IMG/VR virus record: IMGVR_UViG_3300042343_000261
Location: 6,988 to 70,987 of that record
Source of the DNA: a virus
Length of the DNA stretch: 64,000 nt
Strand: one strand, 5' to 3'
Position numbers and translations under genes: made by a program. The notes under the pieces are model-generated. The model did not search any database and had not been told where the DNA came from. It saw nothing but the letters and a program-made list of their open reading frames with translations. Shown here one piece after another: positions 9,213 through 19,472 of the stretch; the stretch's first letter is position 1, and every line of letters starts with the position of its first letter.

Positions 9213-9866
9213 TTAACCGCCAGCAACAACAGTTTGTGTGCCGCCTTCAAGTGCTGGTCTATCAGTAGCTTCATAACCAATACCAAAGCTATCAGCACCA
9301 ACAAGTTGTACACAGTTATCAGGTTGAATTGATAAATCAATTGTCATAAATCCTGCGTCACCATATGTTAGTGCATTGTAAGTTGATGACACTAAGTAAC
9401 AACCATAACATTCCCACGATTCTAAAATGTTAACATCTGAGAAGTTATCAGCGTTTGCGCCATCTAACATTTCAATTGTCATTTTGAATTTATAAGACCC
9501 TGCAGCAGCAGCCGAACTTTGTTCAAAAAAGTCAAATTGTTTCTGATTTTGCTCGCCAACTAGTTTATTAACTACGTTAGATTGATCATCACGAATTTTA
9601 ATGCTAATTGCTCCCCATTTAGGTTTGCCTGCGTAATGAATTGTACTATTGTATACATCAATAGTTTTATCGTCAAACGTTAAAGTAGGCCTTGCTGCCT
9701 CAGATACTTGACGAGTTAATTCGGTACCAGTGTCGTTTTCTGATGATCCAAACCCGTCAAACATTACTCTAAACCGATATTTTAATTTCGGCATTAGTAA
9801 CCCACTATTCCCACCACTAGATGTGGTAGGTACTGAGAAATTTGTTAAAGATGCAAATCCTGGCAT
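9213..9866 (-). CDS. Tail tube protein (gp19-like)
   Basis: LLMPKLKYRFRV...YAGK..W..I.I..RDD...ESWECYGC; directly downstream of the sheath gene. Confidence 0.8.
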   Translation of the reverse strand: MPGFASLTNFSVPTTSSGGNSGLLMPKLKYRFRVMFDGFGSSENDTGTELTRQVSEAARPTLTFDDKTIDVYNSTIHYAGKPKWGAISIKIRDDQSNVVNKLVGEQNQKQFDFFEQSSAAAAGSYKFKMTIEMLDGANADNFSDVNILESWECYGCYLVSSTYNALTYGDAGFMTIDLSIQPDNCVQLVGADSFGIGYEATDRPALEGGTQTVVAGG

Positions 9867-9867
9867 T

Positions 9868-12800
9868 TTATCTTGCTCCTAATGTTTTAACTTCACCCGT
9901 ATTTAATAAACGTAACGGGATATAAATAAATTCTACAGCTTTAGTTGGTTCAATTGCAACGTCTAAATACACTTCACCATTATCAATTCTTGTTGGAGTA
10001 TTATTTGAAGTATCACATACTACTGCAAAATCATATAATGCACGTTGTCCCACTAAATCAATTAACATGCTTTCAGCAGCATATTTAATTTGATTACGTG
10101 TTGAACTATCATTTGGTTGGAACAAGTACGGTCTTACAAGTTTTGCAAATTGTCTGCGTAATTGCACAATTAAACGAGCAACGTTAATACGATCTAATGA
10201 ACTTGTTACCGATGAACGAGTAAATTGACCCATGTTAACAACCCCTGAACCAACGATTGAAGTAAGTGGATTAACTTTAACTTTTGCTAACGTATTACGT
10301 TGACCTAAATTTAATGCCACTGTTACAAATTCGCCTGATGTATTAACATAACCAACAGATGTTGCATTGTTAATAACACCTCTAGACGTACCAGCTGGTG
10401 CAAACCATAGATGACTTGATGCATCATTTAATGCAATTGTACGTAACATCATAGCACTTGGTGGAATAACAATGTTATTTCCGCTGTTGTCGCTTGATAA
10501 ACCCCACGGATAAAAGAACGCTAAGTACGGATCAGCAGTTGTTAATCCTTTATCGTTATCTTCAATTGCACCAGCAACGTTACTTCCCCAATTTTCTAAA
10601 GAAGTTGCATCGGGTGTTAATCTTGCAGGAGTATCAGCAATAACAAACGCAGTAATACCGTTGTCATAGTTTAAAATTTTCATTTCACCTACAAGTTCAG
10701 GATAACCAGGACAAGCAATTAAATTAAATTCTCTAACTTCTGTTTCACGAATTTGTTGATTTGAGTTAACTAATGCTTGCAATGCTTGAACTACTACACC
10801 ACGTTGTGCCATGCGACCAAATGCGCCTGCACCGTTTGCTAAATTAGCAGCTTCAGAAACCCAACGATGTGGATAGTAATCAGCCATTGTTTCGCTACTA
10901 AATCTTACATTAAGCGCGTTAGTGTTAACATAATCTTTATGTAATTTTTTAACATTGTAACCACTTCTGCGAAGATTCCACAACAACATACCATTTGGAT
11001 ATAATGCAGGATCTGGTGCATCAAAGTCAACAAAGTCAGCTGCGTCTAATTCTGCTTGTGAAAAGTCATCAAGATTACCACCTAATAATGCAGTAATTGC
11101 AGCAGGTGTACTTGCTGAACCAGAAGTACTCCATCTTGCATCAGCAAATACAATACCGTGTTCGGTAACTTGATCAGTGATGTCAACTTTTTCCCATTTC
11201 TTTTCAAAATTAATATATTTGTATAACGCAGGATAGTTTTCTAAATCTGATGTATCAACCCACAAATCACCGTCGACTAAATTAGTAATGCCGTCCTGTT
11301 GTGTAGTTGGTTTAGATGCAGAAACAATTGGACCTTTTGGGTCAGTTCTAGCAGGTCCGGTTCCGTGGTCTACACTACGATATGCTTTCCATTTTTTATT
11401 ATGGTTAACCATAATATCAACGTCATCAATATTTGCACTATACCATAACAACCCATCAACTGCGCCGCCGGTTAATACCGTGTTACTTGCTGTAATAAAC
11501 GAGACGTCGTTAGTAGCGCCGTGTTCTGACCATAATGTTGCAATATATTTGGTTGTATTGCCGGCAAGTTGTGAGCTTGCATGGTGATAAAAATTAGCAG
11601 TTGCAGTTACACTAAACAACGACAATAACAATCCGTTTACGTCATTAAATTCAATATCACCACCGTGTTCATGTGAAATAGTAATTCTATTGCCAACTCG
11701 AACTGCAGAGACTGCAGTGTTAAGTCTTGCGTTAATTGGTTGCATAATAGCATCAATAATTAACGTAACCTTTTCTGCTTCAGTAGTGTTACTAATAAAT
11801 GTTGGAATTTCAAATACTAATTCTTCACTAGTTGACAACATTGCCGAACTGATAACACTTTCTTGAATGTCGATAGTATAACTACCTGAAGCTATTTTAT
11901 CACTAGTAATTGTTGCAGATGTAATTGAAGTAGCTGATACATCTTTACGACGATATACTTTAAAAGTTGCAACCGGAACTGCAGTTTCGGAATCATTAAA
12001 TTTTACATATACTGAATTTCCAGCAATGTTAATGCCGCCGCCGGTTGAATCAATGCCGTGTAATGCCGCTGCGCCATTTGCATATAATGGTGCAGATTTA
12101 GTAATCCAGGTTGATGATGCAGTTTCGTATTTTTGAATTACCCAATTTGAACCACCATTTACTGAATTTGATTTAATCCAAAGTGAGCCAGTCGGAGCAC
12201 CGATTACTGTATCTACATTATCAGCATCTTTACGTTTATATGTTGGTACTGATGTAGACGATGAAATGGTCAATAACGGAGCAATATATTTAGTTGCATT
12301 AGCTATTGAAATACCAAGTGTTTCTAAAGTTGCAGCTGTTGAATTAACAAGATTAACATCTTCACCAGTTGAGTAAATTACTAATGTGCTACCAACATTT
12401 GCAGCTTTAATTCCGGCATCAGTAATTGTACCTACTGCATTAATTGCAGTTACTAAGGTGTCTAACGATGTAAAACCAGTAACAGCATGCCCATTAATTT
12501 GAAGAGAATCAGAATCGGCTCCTGAATTTGAAAATGTATTAGCACCGACTACAGTGTTGTTGCCTTGAATAGTAGGGATACTTCCTTTCCATTCAGGTGA
12601 TCCAACAAGAACCCAGTTGCCAGCACCTAAAGATGCTGTAGATGATTTATACCAATACGAAATTAAACTCGAAACTGCAGAAATTGCGTATGTTCCAGTT
12701 GAACCAAAACTTTGCAATGGCGCATAGTTAGATGTAAATAAATCTACATGTGCTGTATTTGTAATAACTGTTGGAGTAATGGTTGAGAATTTTTGACCAC

Positions 12801-13281
12801 TTGCAGTGCTTAACGGATCTGAATTCCATGCTGCCATACCCCAATGGGTTGCAATCGTGTTTAACCAAAATGTGTTGTTTGCAGGTACACCTGCAGGTTC
12901 TGCAGAAAGTGGTTTTAATTGATCTAAATCAACATCAGCACGAACTACATATGCCGCGCTACTTACGCCCATATAGCTATAAGCAGCATGTAACCCATAT
13001 TCATTTTGTTCACCAGCATTAACTGGTGTGTTACTCGCATCGGTTTTAAACACTGGTTGACCGAAGGTATCTGTTAATTCTTTTGAGCTAGTAATTTTAA
13101 ATACTTGGCCGTATTTTTTAGATGTTTTTACTGTTCCTGGAGCTAGTCCAGTTTTTGCACTATTTAATTTATTTGCAGCAGTAGCAATAAATATTAAAGG
13201 TACTGTACCGGGAGCTGATGAAGTGTAGAAACTCTCATCTGATACTTCTACACTTACGCCTGGTGAACTAAGTTGAGCCAT
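9868..13281 (-). CDS. Contractile tail sheath protein (gp18-like) with large internal insertion
   Basis: LSSPGVSVEVSDES N-terminus; C-terminal YPW...PPS...WFAPAG..RG...VNP...LDRINVARL...DFAVVCDTSNNTP..ID...IEPTKAVEFIYIPL. GGAG SD favours the start at 13281. Confidence 0.93.
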   Translation of the reverse strand: MAQLSSPGVSVEVSDESFYTSSAPGTVPLIFIATAANKLNSAKTGLAPGTVKTSKKYGQVFKITSSKELTDTFGQPVFKTDASNTPVNAGEQNEYGLHAAYSYMGVSSAAYVVRADVDLDQLKPLSAEPAGVPANNTFWLNTIATHWGMAAWNSDPLSTASGQKFSTITPTVITNTAHVDLFTSNYAPLQSFGSTGTYAISAVSSLISYWYKSSTASLGAGNWVLVGSPEWKGSIPTIQGNNTVVGANTFSNSGADSDSLQINGHAVTGFTSLDTLVTAINAVGTITDAGIKAANVGSTLVIYSTGEDVNLVNSTAATLETLGISIANATKYIAPLLTISSSTSVPTYKRKDADNVDTVIGAPTGSLWIKSNSVNGGSNWVIQKYETASSTWITKSAPLYANGAAALHGIDSTGGGINIAGNSVYVKFNDSETAVPVATFKVYRRKDVSATSITSATITSDKIASGSYTIDIQESVISSAMLSTSEELVFEIPTFISNTTEAEKVTLIIDAIMQPINARLNTAVSAVRVGNRITISHEHGGDIEFNDVNGLLLSLFSVTATANFYHHASSQLAGNTTKYIATLWSEHGATNDVSFITASNTVLTGGAVDGLLWYSANIDDVDIMVNHNKKWKAYRSVDHGTGPARTDPKGPIVSASKPTTQQDGITNLVDGDLWVDTSDLENYPALYKYINFEKKWEKVDITDQVTEHGIVFADARWSTSGSASTPAAITALLGGNLDDFSQAELDAADFVDFDAPDPALYPNGMLLWNLRRSGYNVKKLHKDYVNTNALNVRFSSETMADYYPHRWVSEAANLANGAGAFGRMAQRGVVVQALQALVNSNQQIRETEVREFNLIACPGYPELVGEMKILNYDNGITAFVIADTPARLTPDATSLENWGSNVAGAIEDNDKGLTTADPYLAFFYPWGLSSDNSGNNIVIPPSAMMLRTIALNDASSHLWFAPAGTSRGVINNATSVGYVNTSGEFVTVALNLGQRNTLAKVKVNPLTSIVGSGVVNMGQFTRSSVTSSLDRINVARLIVQLRRQFAKLVRPYLFQPNDSSTRNQIKYAAESMLIDLVGQRALYDFAVVCDTSNNTPTRIDNGEVYLDVAIEPTKAVEFIYIPLRLLNTGEVKTLGAR

Positions 13282-13314
13282 AATTATAATCTCCATATAT
13301 ACAAGTTCTAACTG

Positions 13315-13322
13315 TATTTATA
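13315..13322 (-). promoter_or_regulatory. T4-type late promoter TATAAATA
   Basis: Exact T4 late consensus ~35 bp upstream of the sheath gene. Variants (mostly GATAAATA) precede many other structural genes. Confidence 0.75.
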
Positions 13323-13343
13323 GGAAAATGTAAAATAATGGCG

Positions 13344-13961
13344 TTATATCTTAACTATTTCTGTTACTTTTGCGTATAATGCATTAAGTGTACTATTGTT
13401 ATCAACAGTATAATCTACAGCTAATCCATACCATGCCCACTCACTTTCATGGATACCAAACTCTTTTAACATTAAGATATCATCTATGTTACCAGATAAC
13501 GCACCATTAACATATTGATACCAGTCTGGTTCCGGTCCTCGTGTTACACGAACTATTATACCGCCTGCGTTTTTAATAGCAGCAAACTCATTTGGAAATC
13601 TACAATCGCTAATAACAACATTAGTGTTGATGTTTCTCAATTTGTTTTCTAAGCTAGCAATCCAAATGTCATCATGAAAACTTCTTCTGCATACTTCAGT
13701 TCCCCAGAGTTGTAAAATTAATCGAGGGGTTAGCATTGGTATAGATAATTTATCTGCCCACCATTGATCAACTTGTTCACGCCATGCTCGCGATTCGGTA
13801 GTTTGGCCTTCGAGCAATGTTCTGTCCCATCCAAACACAGCAGAAACTGCATCTTTTAATGTACCTGCAAAACTTTCACGTTTAAAGTTGTGATCATTTA
13901 CTAAATATTCAGCAATTGTATCTTTACCTTCACCTATATTTCCTACAATACCAACTATCAT
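13344..13961 (-). CDS. Deoxynucleoside monophosphate kinase (T4 gp1-like)
   Basis: IVGIVGNIGEGKDT, SFA..LKD, TPR..LQ..GTE..R, VVISDCRFPNE, HESE. Confidence 0.9.
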   Translation of the reverse strand: MIVGIVGNIGEGKDTIAEYLVNDHNFKRESFAGTLKDAVSAVFGWDRTLLEGQTTESRAWREQVDQWWADKLSIPMLTPRLILQLWGTEVCRRSFHDDIWIASLENKLRNINTNVVISDCRFPNEFAAIKNAGGIIVRVTRGPEPDWYQYVNGALSGNIDDILMLKEFGIHESEWAWYGLAVDYTVDNNSTLNALYAKVTEIVKI

Positions 13962-13980
13962 ATTATTCTCCTAAAATTGT

Positions 13981-14009
13981 ATTATACACTAATTTTAGAA
14001 AAATGTCAA
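13981..14009 (-). promoter_or_regulatory. Perfect sigma70-type promoter for dNMP kinase
   Basis: TTGACA-N17-TATAAT on the minus strand, 20 bp upstream of the ATG. Confidence 0.85.
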
Positions 14010-14010
14010 C

Positions 14011-14781
14011 TTATCCTATTATAAAATGATAACCTGTCCCGCCAGATATTAACGTTTCTAACTCTTTATCAAGAGCAATAAGTTCTTCTTTGCCTGCAGA
14101 TTTCATATCGTTACCATTTAATGTAATACCGCCGCCTGGGCCTGCAATAGTTGAAAACAAGCTACGTGCTTCTCCTAACATAATCTTGCAAGTAGCGAGT
14201 GTATAATCACGTAACCATTGTTTAGCATAAATGTCAGTTAGCAATACAAAGTCAGGTCTAAAGTTATGTGATTTAATTAAAATCTGTTCACCTTGTGCAA
14301 ACGGACGTTGTAGGATTGTTAACACATGACTAGTAGGTTTCCATTTAAATTCAATGTAACTACCAAACATTTTACCTACTAATTTTTGATATCCGGCAAA
14401 TAATTCATATGTTGCAAGGCCGCCCATCATACTACCGCTCATCATATACGTGTTAGTATACGCTAAGTTAAATGGTTCAAATAATGTACCGCCTGCACCC
14501 ATACCAGACCGTGACCCAATAGCACGTCTAAATACGCTTTGTACTTCTATAATTTCATCAGGTAATCTGTAATCATTTTGATCTTGTACTAACTCTAAAA
14601 AGCTGTAACTTTCTTCTACAGCATTTGGACTGCGTTGCCTAAAGCGAGTTAACGCTCTATCTAACGCAGTTTCGTAATGGATTGGATCCAAATCTATGTC
14701 AATCATACCTTCGCCAAGTAGAGTTCTAACATATTCAAATACTTTATTTCGTTCTATCAATGAGGATGTGTCGTCAGACAT
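14011..14781 (-). CDS. Neck protein (gp13-like)
   Basis: LG...IDIDL...W.RDYTLA..K..LGE.R..F....PGGGITLNG pattern. Confidence 0.8.
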   Translation of the reverse strand: MSDDTSSLIERNKVFEYVRTLLGEGMIDIDLDPIHYETALDRALTRFRQRSPNAVEESYSFLELVQDQNDYRLPDEIIEVQSVFRRAIGSRSGMGAGGTLFEPFNLAYTNTYMMSGSMMGGLATYELFAGYQKLVGKMFGSYIEFKWKPTSHVLTILQRPFAQGEQILIKSHNFRPDFVLLTDIYAKQWLRDYTLATCKIMLGEARSLFSTIAGPGGGITLNGNDMKSAGKEELIALDKELETLISGGTGYHFIIG

Positions 14782-14874
14782 AATCTTGCTCCGTAATAAT
14801 TCTGTGATAAATAAAAATGTAGTTCACGGAACGGCAATTCCCAACTACCTTAATGTCAAAGGAGGACATCAACA

Positions 14875-15660
14875 ATGATATTTATCAATAATAAATATAC
14901 CAACATCTATTTTAATATAATCAAATCAGCACAAATACGAGATCCGTTATCCGGTTATTCTGAAAGACATCATATTATACCAAAATGTTTAGGCGGGTCT
15001 AATAAAAAAGATAATTTAGTTACACTAACAGCTAGAGAACATTTTGTATGTCATCACTTACTTACTAAAATGGTAAATTCTACCAGAGAAAAATTTCAAT
15101 TAAGTAAAGCATTTAATTGTATGCTATACATGACTTCACCGGTGCAAGATCGTTATAAAGTATCTAGTAGGAAGTTTGAAAGTTTTAAAACGAATTATTC
15201 AAAAATGTTTAGCGAACAACAGAGAGGTGATAAGAATCACATGTATGGAAAGACCCATACTCCTGAAACGTTAGCAAAAATTGCAATTGCACGGGCAAAC
15301 TCAAATTATATAATTACTGACGAAACTCGAGCTAAACTAAGTGCTGCTAATAAAGGAAAAAATGTTTCAGACGAAACTCGAGCTAAAATCTCAAAAGCAA
15401 ATAAAGGAAGATTAGCAGGTGAAAATAACCCAATGTATGGCAATACTCATACAGAAGAAGCTAGAAAGAAAATATCAGAAAACGCACAAGGTAGAACACC
15501 ATGGAACCTAGGTGTTACTCATACTGATGAAGTAAAACAGAAAATGTCAAAACTAGCATTACAACGACCAAAGTACAAGTGTGAGCATTGCGGTGTAGAA
15601 TGTGTTAAATGTAATTATAATAGATGGCACGGAGCGAACTGTAAATCTATCGTAAGATAA
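14875..15660 (+). CDS. Free-standing HNH homing endonuclease with NUMOD3 repeats
   Basis: ERHHIIPKCLGGSN..DNLV.LTAREHF.CH, repeated NPMYG.THT.E / SDETRAK.S, C-terminal CxxC...RWHG.NC. Confidence 0.88.
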   Translation: MIFINNKYTNIYFNIIKSAQIRDPLSGYSERHHIIPKCLGGSNKKDNLVTLTAREHFVCHHLLTKMVNSTREKFQLSKAFNCMLYMTSPVQDRYKVSSRKFESFKTNYSKMFSEQQRGDKNHMYGKTHTPETLAKIAIARANSNYIITDETRAKLSAANKGKNVSDETRAKISKANKGRLAGENNPMYGNTHTEEARKKISENAQGRTPWNLGVTHTDEVKQKMSKLALQRPKYKCEHCGVECVKCNYNRWHGANCKSIVR

Positions 15661-15688
15661 ATATGATAATACCCAAGGAGAATCCTAA

Positions 15689-17122
15689 ATGCCTAGACTT
15701 TCAATGTACCATCCTGAGAAAGGCAATAATTATAGATTTATCGATCGTCAAATATCACGGATGTTTCAAGTCGGATGCACTGATGTACATTTGCACAAGT
15801 ACCTCGGTCCTAAATTACAAGATACCGGAACTGCCGATCAGCCAATTTATGATGTAGTAAAAGAAACAAATATTCAAGATTTATTATTTTTAGAAAATCG
15901 TGATCGCAAATACGAATCGGAAATTTATCGTCTTAGGGGCCATTACCAAGTTCAAAATTTAGATTTTAACCTAAGCCAATTTGGTTTGTTTATTGATAAC
16001 GATACAGTGTTTATGACTGTACATATTAACGACTTTGTTGAAGCAATTGGTCGCAAACCATTAGACGGTGATGTTATTGAGTTGCCTCACTTACGTGATG
16101 ATTTTGCATTAAACGATTTTGATGTTAGTGTTCCTAGATTTTTTGTTATTGAAGATGTTGGTCGTGCTAGTGAAGGATATAGTGCAACATGGTATCCTCA
16201 TTTGTATAGAATAAAACTTAAAAAGATTGCAGACAGCCAACAGTATGCAGATATACTTGACCAACCTGCAGGCGACGACGCACCGTATGCGTTACGTGAT
16301 TTATTAAGTACCCGTAAAAAAGAATTAGAAATAAACGATGCAATCGTAAGTCAAGCTGAAATCGACGCACCTAAATGCGGATACGAAACTCGACAATTTT
16401 ATACATTAGCAACTGATCCGGTAACTGGTAGAACAGAGTTAATTACTGTAGATTCAGATGTGTACACTGCTAACTATCAAAGTCAATTAATTAACGGCGA
16501 ATCTAATGTAAATGCAAGTAGTCTTAATGCAATACCATTGCGAACTGGTTATACTGGATTTTTAGTAGGTGACGGTTATCCGTATAATGGCTATGTATTT
16601 GGTCAGGGAATTGAGTTTCCTACCAGCGTAGCAAAAGATGATTTCTTTTTAAGATTAGATTTTGTTCCAAATCGATTATTTAGATTTGACGGCCGTAAAT
16701 GGCATAAAGTAGAAGATGCAGTCAGAATGACATTAACTAACACTGATACTAGACACACTAGACGAGTTAGCTTTATTAATAACAGCAAATTTACATATAA
16801 TGATGAAATTGCAACTGATTACGTAAGAGTAGCTGTTGGTGCAATTTTACTTGATACTAATATTGATTTTGAAATAACTGCACCATACATTGTATTAAAA
16901 TTTGATACTACTAGATTAGAGTTTGTAGTTAATGATTTTGAAAATTTATTAGAATCGTACGATGTAAACGGTGTTGCTAAAATTAGAATTAATTTACCAG
17001 AAGTTGATAATTTGCAAGTAACAATTCCGTACGACGGCGCGTGGCGAGTTAGTTTATTTACTTACAGAGAGGCTGAACGTCAAGGCATATCTAAAGTACT
17101 TAAACCTCGTGCTGATTTTTAA
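15689..17122 (+). CDS. Neck/head-closure protein (gp14-like), extended
   Basis: IQDLLFLENRDRKY...LSQFGLF...GRKP..GDVIELP; located between gp13-like and gp15-like genes. Confidence 0.7.
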   Translation: MPRLSMYHPEKGNNYRFIDRQISRMFQVGCTDVHLHKYLGPKLQDTGTADQPIYDVVKETNIQDLLFLENRDRKYESEIYRLRGHYQVQNLDFNLSQFGLFIDNDTVFMTVHINDFVEAIGRKPLDGDVIELPHLRDDFALNDFDVSVPRFFVIEDVGRASEGYSATWYPHLYRIKLKKIADSQQYADILDQPAGDDAPYALRDLLSTRKKELEINDAIVSQAEIDAPKCGYETRQFYTLATDPVTGRTELITVDSDVYTANYQSQLINGESNVNASSLNAIPLRTGYTGFLVGDGYPYNGYVFGQGIEFPTSVAKDDFFLRLDFVPNRLFRFDGRKWHKVEDAVRMTLTNTDTRHTRRVSFINNSKFTYNDEIATDYVRVAVGAILLDTNIDFEITAPYIVLKFDTTRLEFVVNDFENLLESYDVNGVAKIRINLPEVDNLQVTIPYDGAWRVSLFTYREAERQGISKVLKPRADF

Positions 17123-17166
17123 TTTCATAAGAAGTGCAGTACTAAATACTGAAATAGGAGAAAGTA

Positions 17167-18645
17167 ATGCAACATTTTTATGACGGTGCTATACGTAGAT
17201 ATATCACTCAAACAATTAGGCTTTTTAGTGAATTCTCAGTGCGATATGGCGATGGAACATTACATCGAGTACCAGTAGCATACGGTGATGCTGACAGACA
17301 GGCTACTAGTATTATTCGACAAAATTCTGAAAATACAATTAACTCAGTTCCAAAAATAAGCGTGTATATACATAGTTTAGACTTAGACAAAGATCGATTA
17401 GCAGATTCAACGTTTGTTAGCAAAGTATTAGTTCGTGAACGAGATGTTGACAAGGCATCTAATAAGTATACATCTAATCGAGGTAGACAATATACAGTTG
17501 AACGACTAATGCCAACTCCATTTAAGTTAACTTTTAAAGTTGACATATGGACTGCAAACACAGACCAAAAACTTCAAATATTAGAACAAATATTAATGTT
17601 GTTTAATCCTAGTTTAGATATTCAAACTACTGATAATTATTTAGACTGGACAAGCTTATCTGTAATTTATTTAGAAAGTGTAGCATGGTCTAGTAAAGCA
17701 ATTCCTGTAGGAACTGATACCCCAATTGACATTGCAACGTTAACTTTTGCTACTCCGATATGGATTAGTCCGCCTGCTAAAGTTAAACAATTAGGAGTAA
17801 TTACAAAAATTATTACTGGATTATTTGACGGTAATACTACCCTTAGTGAACCAATTTTTGGATCAGATTATTTAGACCCATCTTCAAAGTTTACCGATGC
17901 TGGTGCTGCGTTTTTAACAGATATAGTTACAGTAATTGAAGATTATTCAGTTGAAATTTATAATAATCAAGTAGTGTTACTAGATCCTAATTATAATGTT
18001 GAATATGAAGAATCACCGTATGAAATACCTGATAGGTTTGGAATGGAAGTTAAATGGGCAGAATTATTTGAAAAATATCCTAAAAAGTTCATACCTGGAT
18101 TTAGTAGAATTATCGTAACGCAGCTTGGTGGAGTTGAAATAGTTGGTACATTAACTGCAAATACAGACGATGAAACTATTTTAAATGTTAATTGGGACGA
18201 AGATACATTAAGACGTAACACATTGATTGATAGTCAAGGTTATTTAGAATCAGACGTTACTTATTTTAATTTATCAACATGTAATAGATTGTCACCTGGA
18301 ACATTTGATGCAATTATTAATCCGTATACATTTAATCCATACGATTACGACCTTAGAACAGGCACTCGATATTTAATAATTGAAGATATCGGTTCAGTTG
18401 ATAATACTGATGGTGCGCTAGCATGGAAATCTACATCCGAAGATGATTTAATCGCACATGCTAATGATATAGTTGAATGGAACGGTAGCAGTTGGCATAT
18501 TATATTTGATTCAGTTAACGAGACTGACACTATAATATGGCAAACAAATTTAATGAATGGTATACAATTTATGTGGAACGGTGTGTCTTGGACTAAAAGT
18601 TTTGAAGGATTCTATAGGACAACTAAATGGCGACTGGAATTGTAA
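17167..18645 (+). CDS. Tail sheath stabiliser/terminator (gp15-like), extended
   Basis: HFYD..IRRY...F...VPV.YG...MPTPFKL...IW...QKLQILEQI..LFNPS. Confidence 0.8.
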   Translation: MQHFYDGAIRRYITQTIRLFSEFSVRYGDGTLHRVPVAYGDADRQATSIIRQNSENTINSVPKISVYIHSLDLDKDRLADSTFVSKVLVRERDVDKASNKYTSNRGRQYTVERLMPTPFKLTFKVDIWTANTDQKLQILEQILMLFNPSLDIQTTDNYLDWTSLSVIYLESVAWSSKAIPVGTDTPIDIATLTFATPIWISPPAKVKQLGVITKIITGLFDGNTTLSEPIFGSDYLDPSSKFTDAGAAFLTDIVTVIEDYSVEIYNNQVVLLDPNYNVEYEESPYEIPDRFGMEVKWAELFEKYPKKFIPGFSRIIVTQLGGVEIVGTLTANTDDETILNVNWDEDTLRRNTLIDSQGYLESDVTYFNLSTCNRLSPGTFDAIINPYTFNPYDYDLRTGTRYLIIEDIGSVDNTDGALAWKSTSEDDLIAHANDIVEWNGSSWHIIFDSVNETDTIIWQTNLMNGIQFMWNGVSWTKSFEGFYRTTKWRLEL

Positions 18646-19076
18646 AAGATCAAATAATTTGCAGTGGTGCATTAATATACTCACAAGCTACTCATAGATT
18701 TCTTTTGATTCAAAAATCCTCAGGTAAACACCAAGGTACTTGGGGATTAGTTGGTGGCACTAACCTTGCTAACGAAAATCCATGGCAAGGTCTTACAAGA
18801 GAAATAGAAGAAGAAATTGGTTTTCTTCCAATCATTAAAAAAACACTACCATTAGAAAAGTTTGTATCTAACGATAGTGTTTTTAATTTTCATACATATT
18901 TCTGTTTAGTAGAAAACGAATTTGTTCCAACTCTTAGCGACGAACACATTGCATGGGGATGGTTTAGTTTAGTTGCTCTACCAAAACCTATACATCGCGG
19001 ACTAAATCTCAGTTTGCGTAATAAAATTATTCAAACTAAGATCCAAACCGTTATTGATATTATTGATAGTTTGTAA
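18627..19076 (+). CDS. Nudix hydrolase
   Basis: Nudix box GGTNLANENPWQGLTREIEEEIGF; SDEH..W.W. Confidence 0.9.
   Translation: MATGIVKDQIICSGALIYSQATHRFLLIQKSSGKHQGTWGLVGGTNLANENPWQGLTREIEEEIGFLPIIKKTLPLEKFVSNDSVFNFHTYFCLVENEFVPTLSDEHIAWGWFSLVALPKPIHRGLNLSLRNKIIQTKIQTVIDIIDSL
18780..19076 (+). repeat. 297-bp direct repeat, copy 1 (3' part of Nudix gene)
   Basis: Aligns without gaps to 58744-59040; about 33 mismatches by manual count. Confidence 0.95.
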
Positions 19077-19472
19077 GTATTTGATAATTTGTGTAGACCA
19101 GTAAACACTATGTTTACTGTCTACTCTAACATTAAAATCTACAGGAGGATGAAATAGACAATTAGTATCATTATACTTGCTAACAGATATAGTATCAACA
19201 AATACAGTAAAATCTGCATTAAATAGTTTCCTAATTTCGTTAGTAGGTGCAATAAAATCACAAATAACATAATTAGATTTAGAATTTTCAGCTAACTGTT
19301 TCATTCTACTACATTGTCTTAATCGTCCTTCTGTACTAAAATCCCAATCGTTGTATTGTTCTCTTATTATATCAGCATTAAACCATTCAACCGAATCTAA
19401 AAGTTTAACTAGCTCAGTTGCTAGAGTTGTTTTACCAGATCCAGGCAATCCCATTATTAAAATTTTCATCAT
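19002..19472 (-). CDS. cysC: Adenylyl-sulfate (APS) kinase-like protein
   Basis: IMGLPGSGKTTLA P-loop, NAD..R, DWDFS.EGR.RQ, VICDFIAP; last gene of an operon that begins with a sulfotransferase. Confidence 0.72.
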   Translation of the reverse strand: MMKILIMGLPGSGKTTLATELVKLLDSVEWFNADIIREQYNDWDFSTEGRLRQCSRMKQLAENSKSNYVICDFIAPTNEIRKLFNADFTVFVDTISVSKYNDTNCLFHPPVDFNVRVDSKHSVYWSTQIIKYLQTINNINNGLDLSLNNFITQTEI

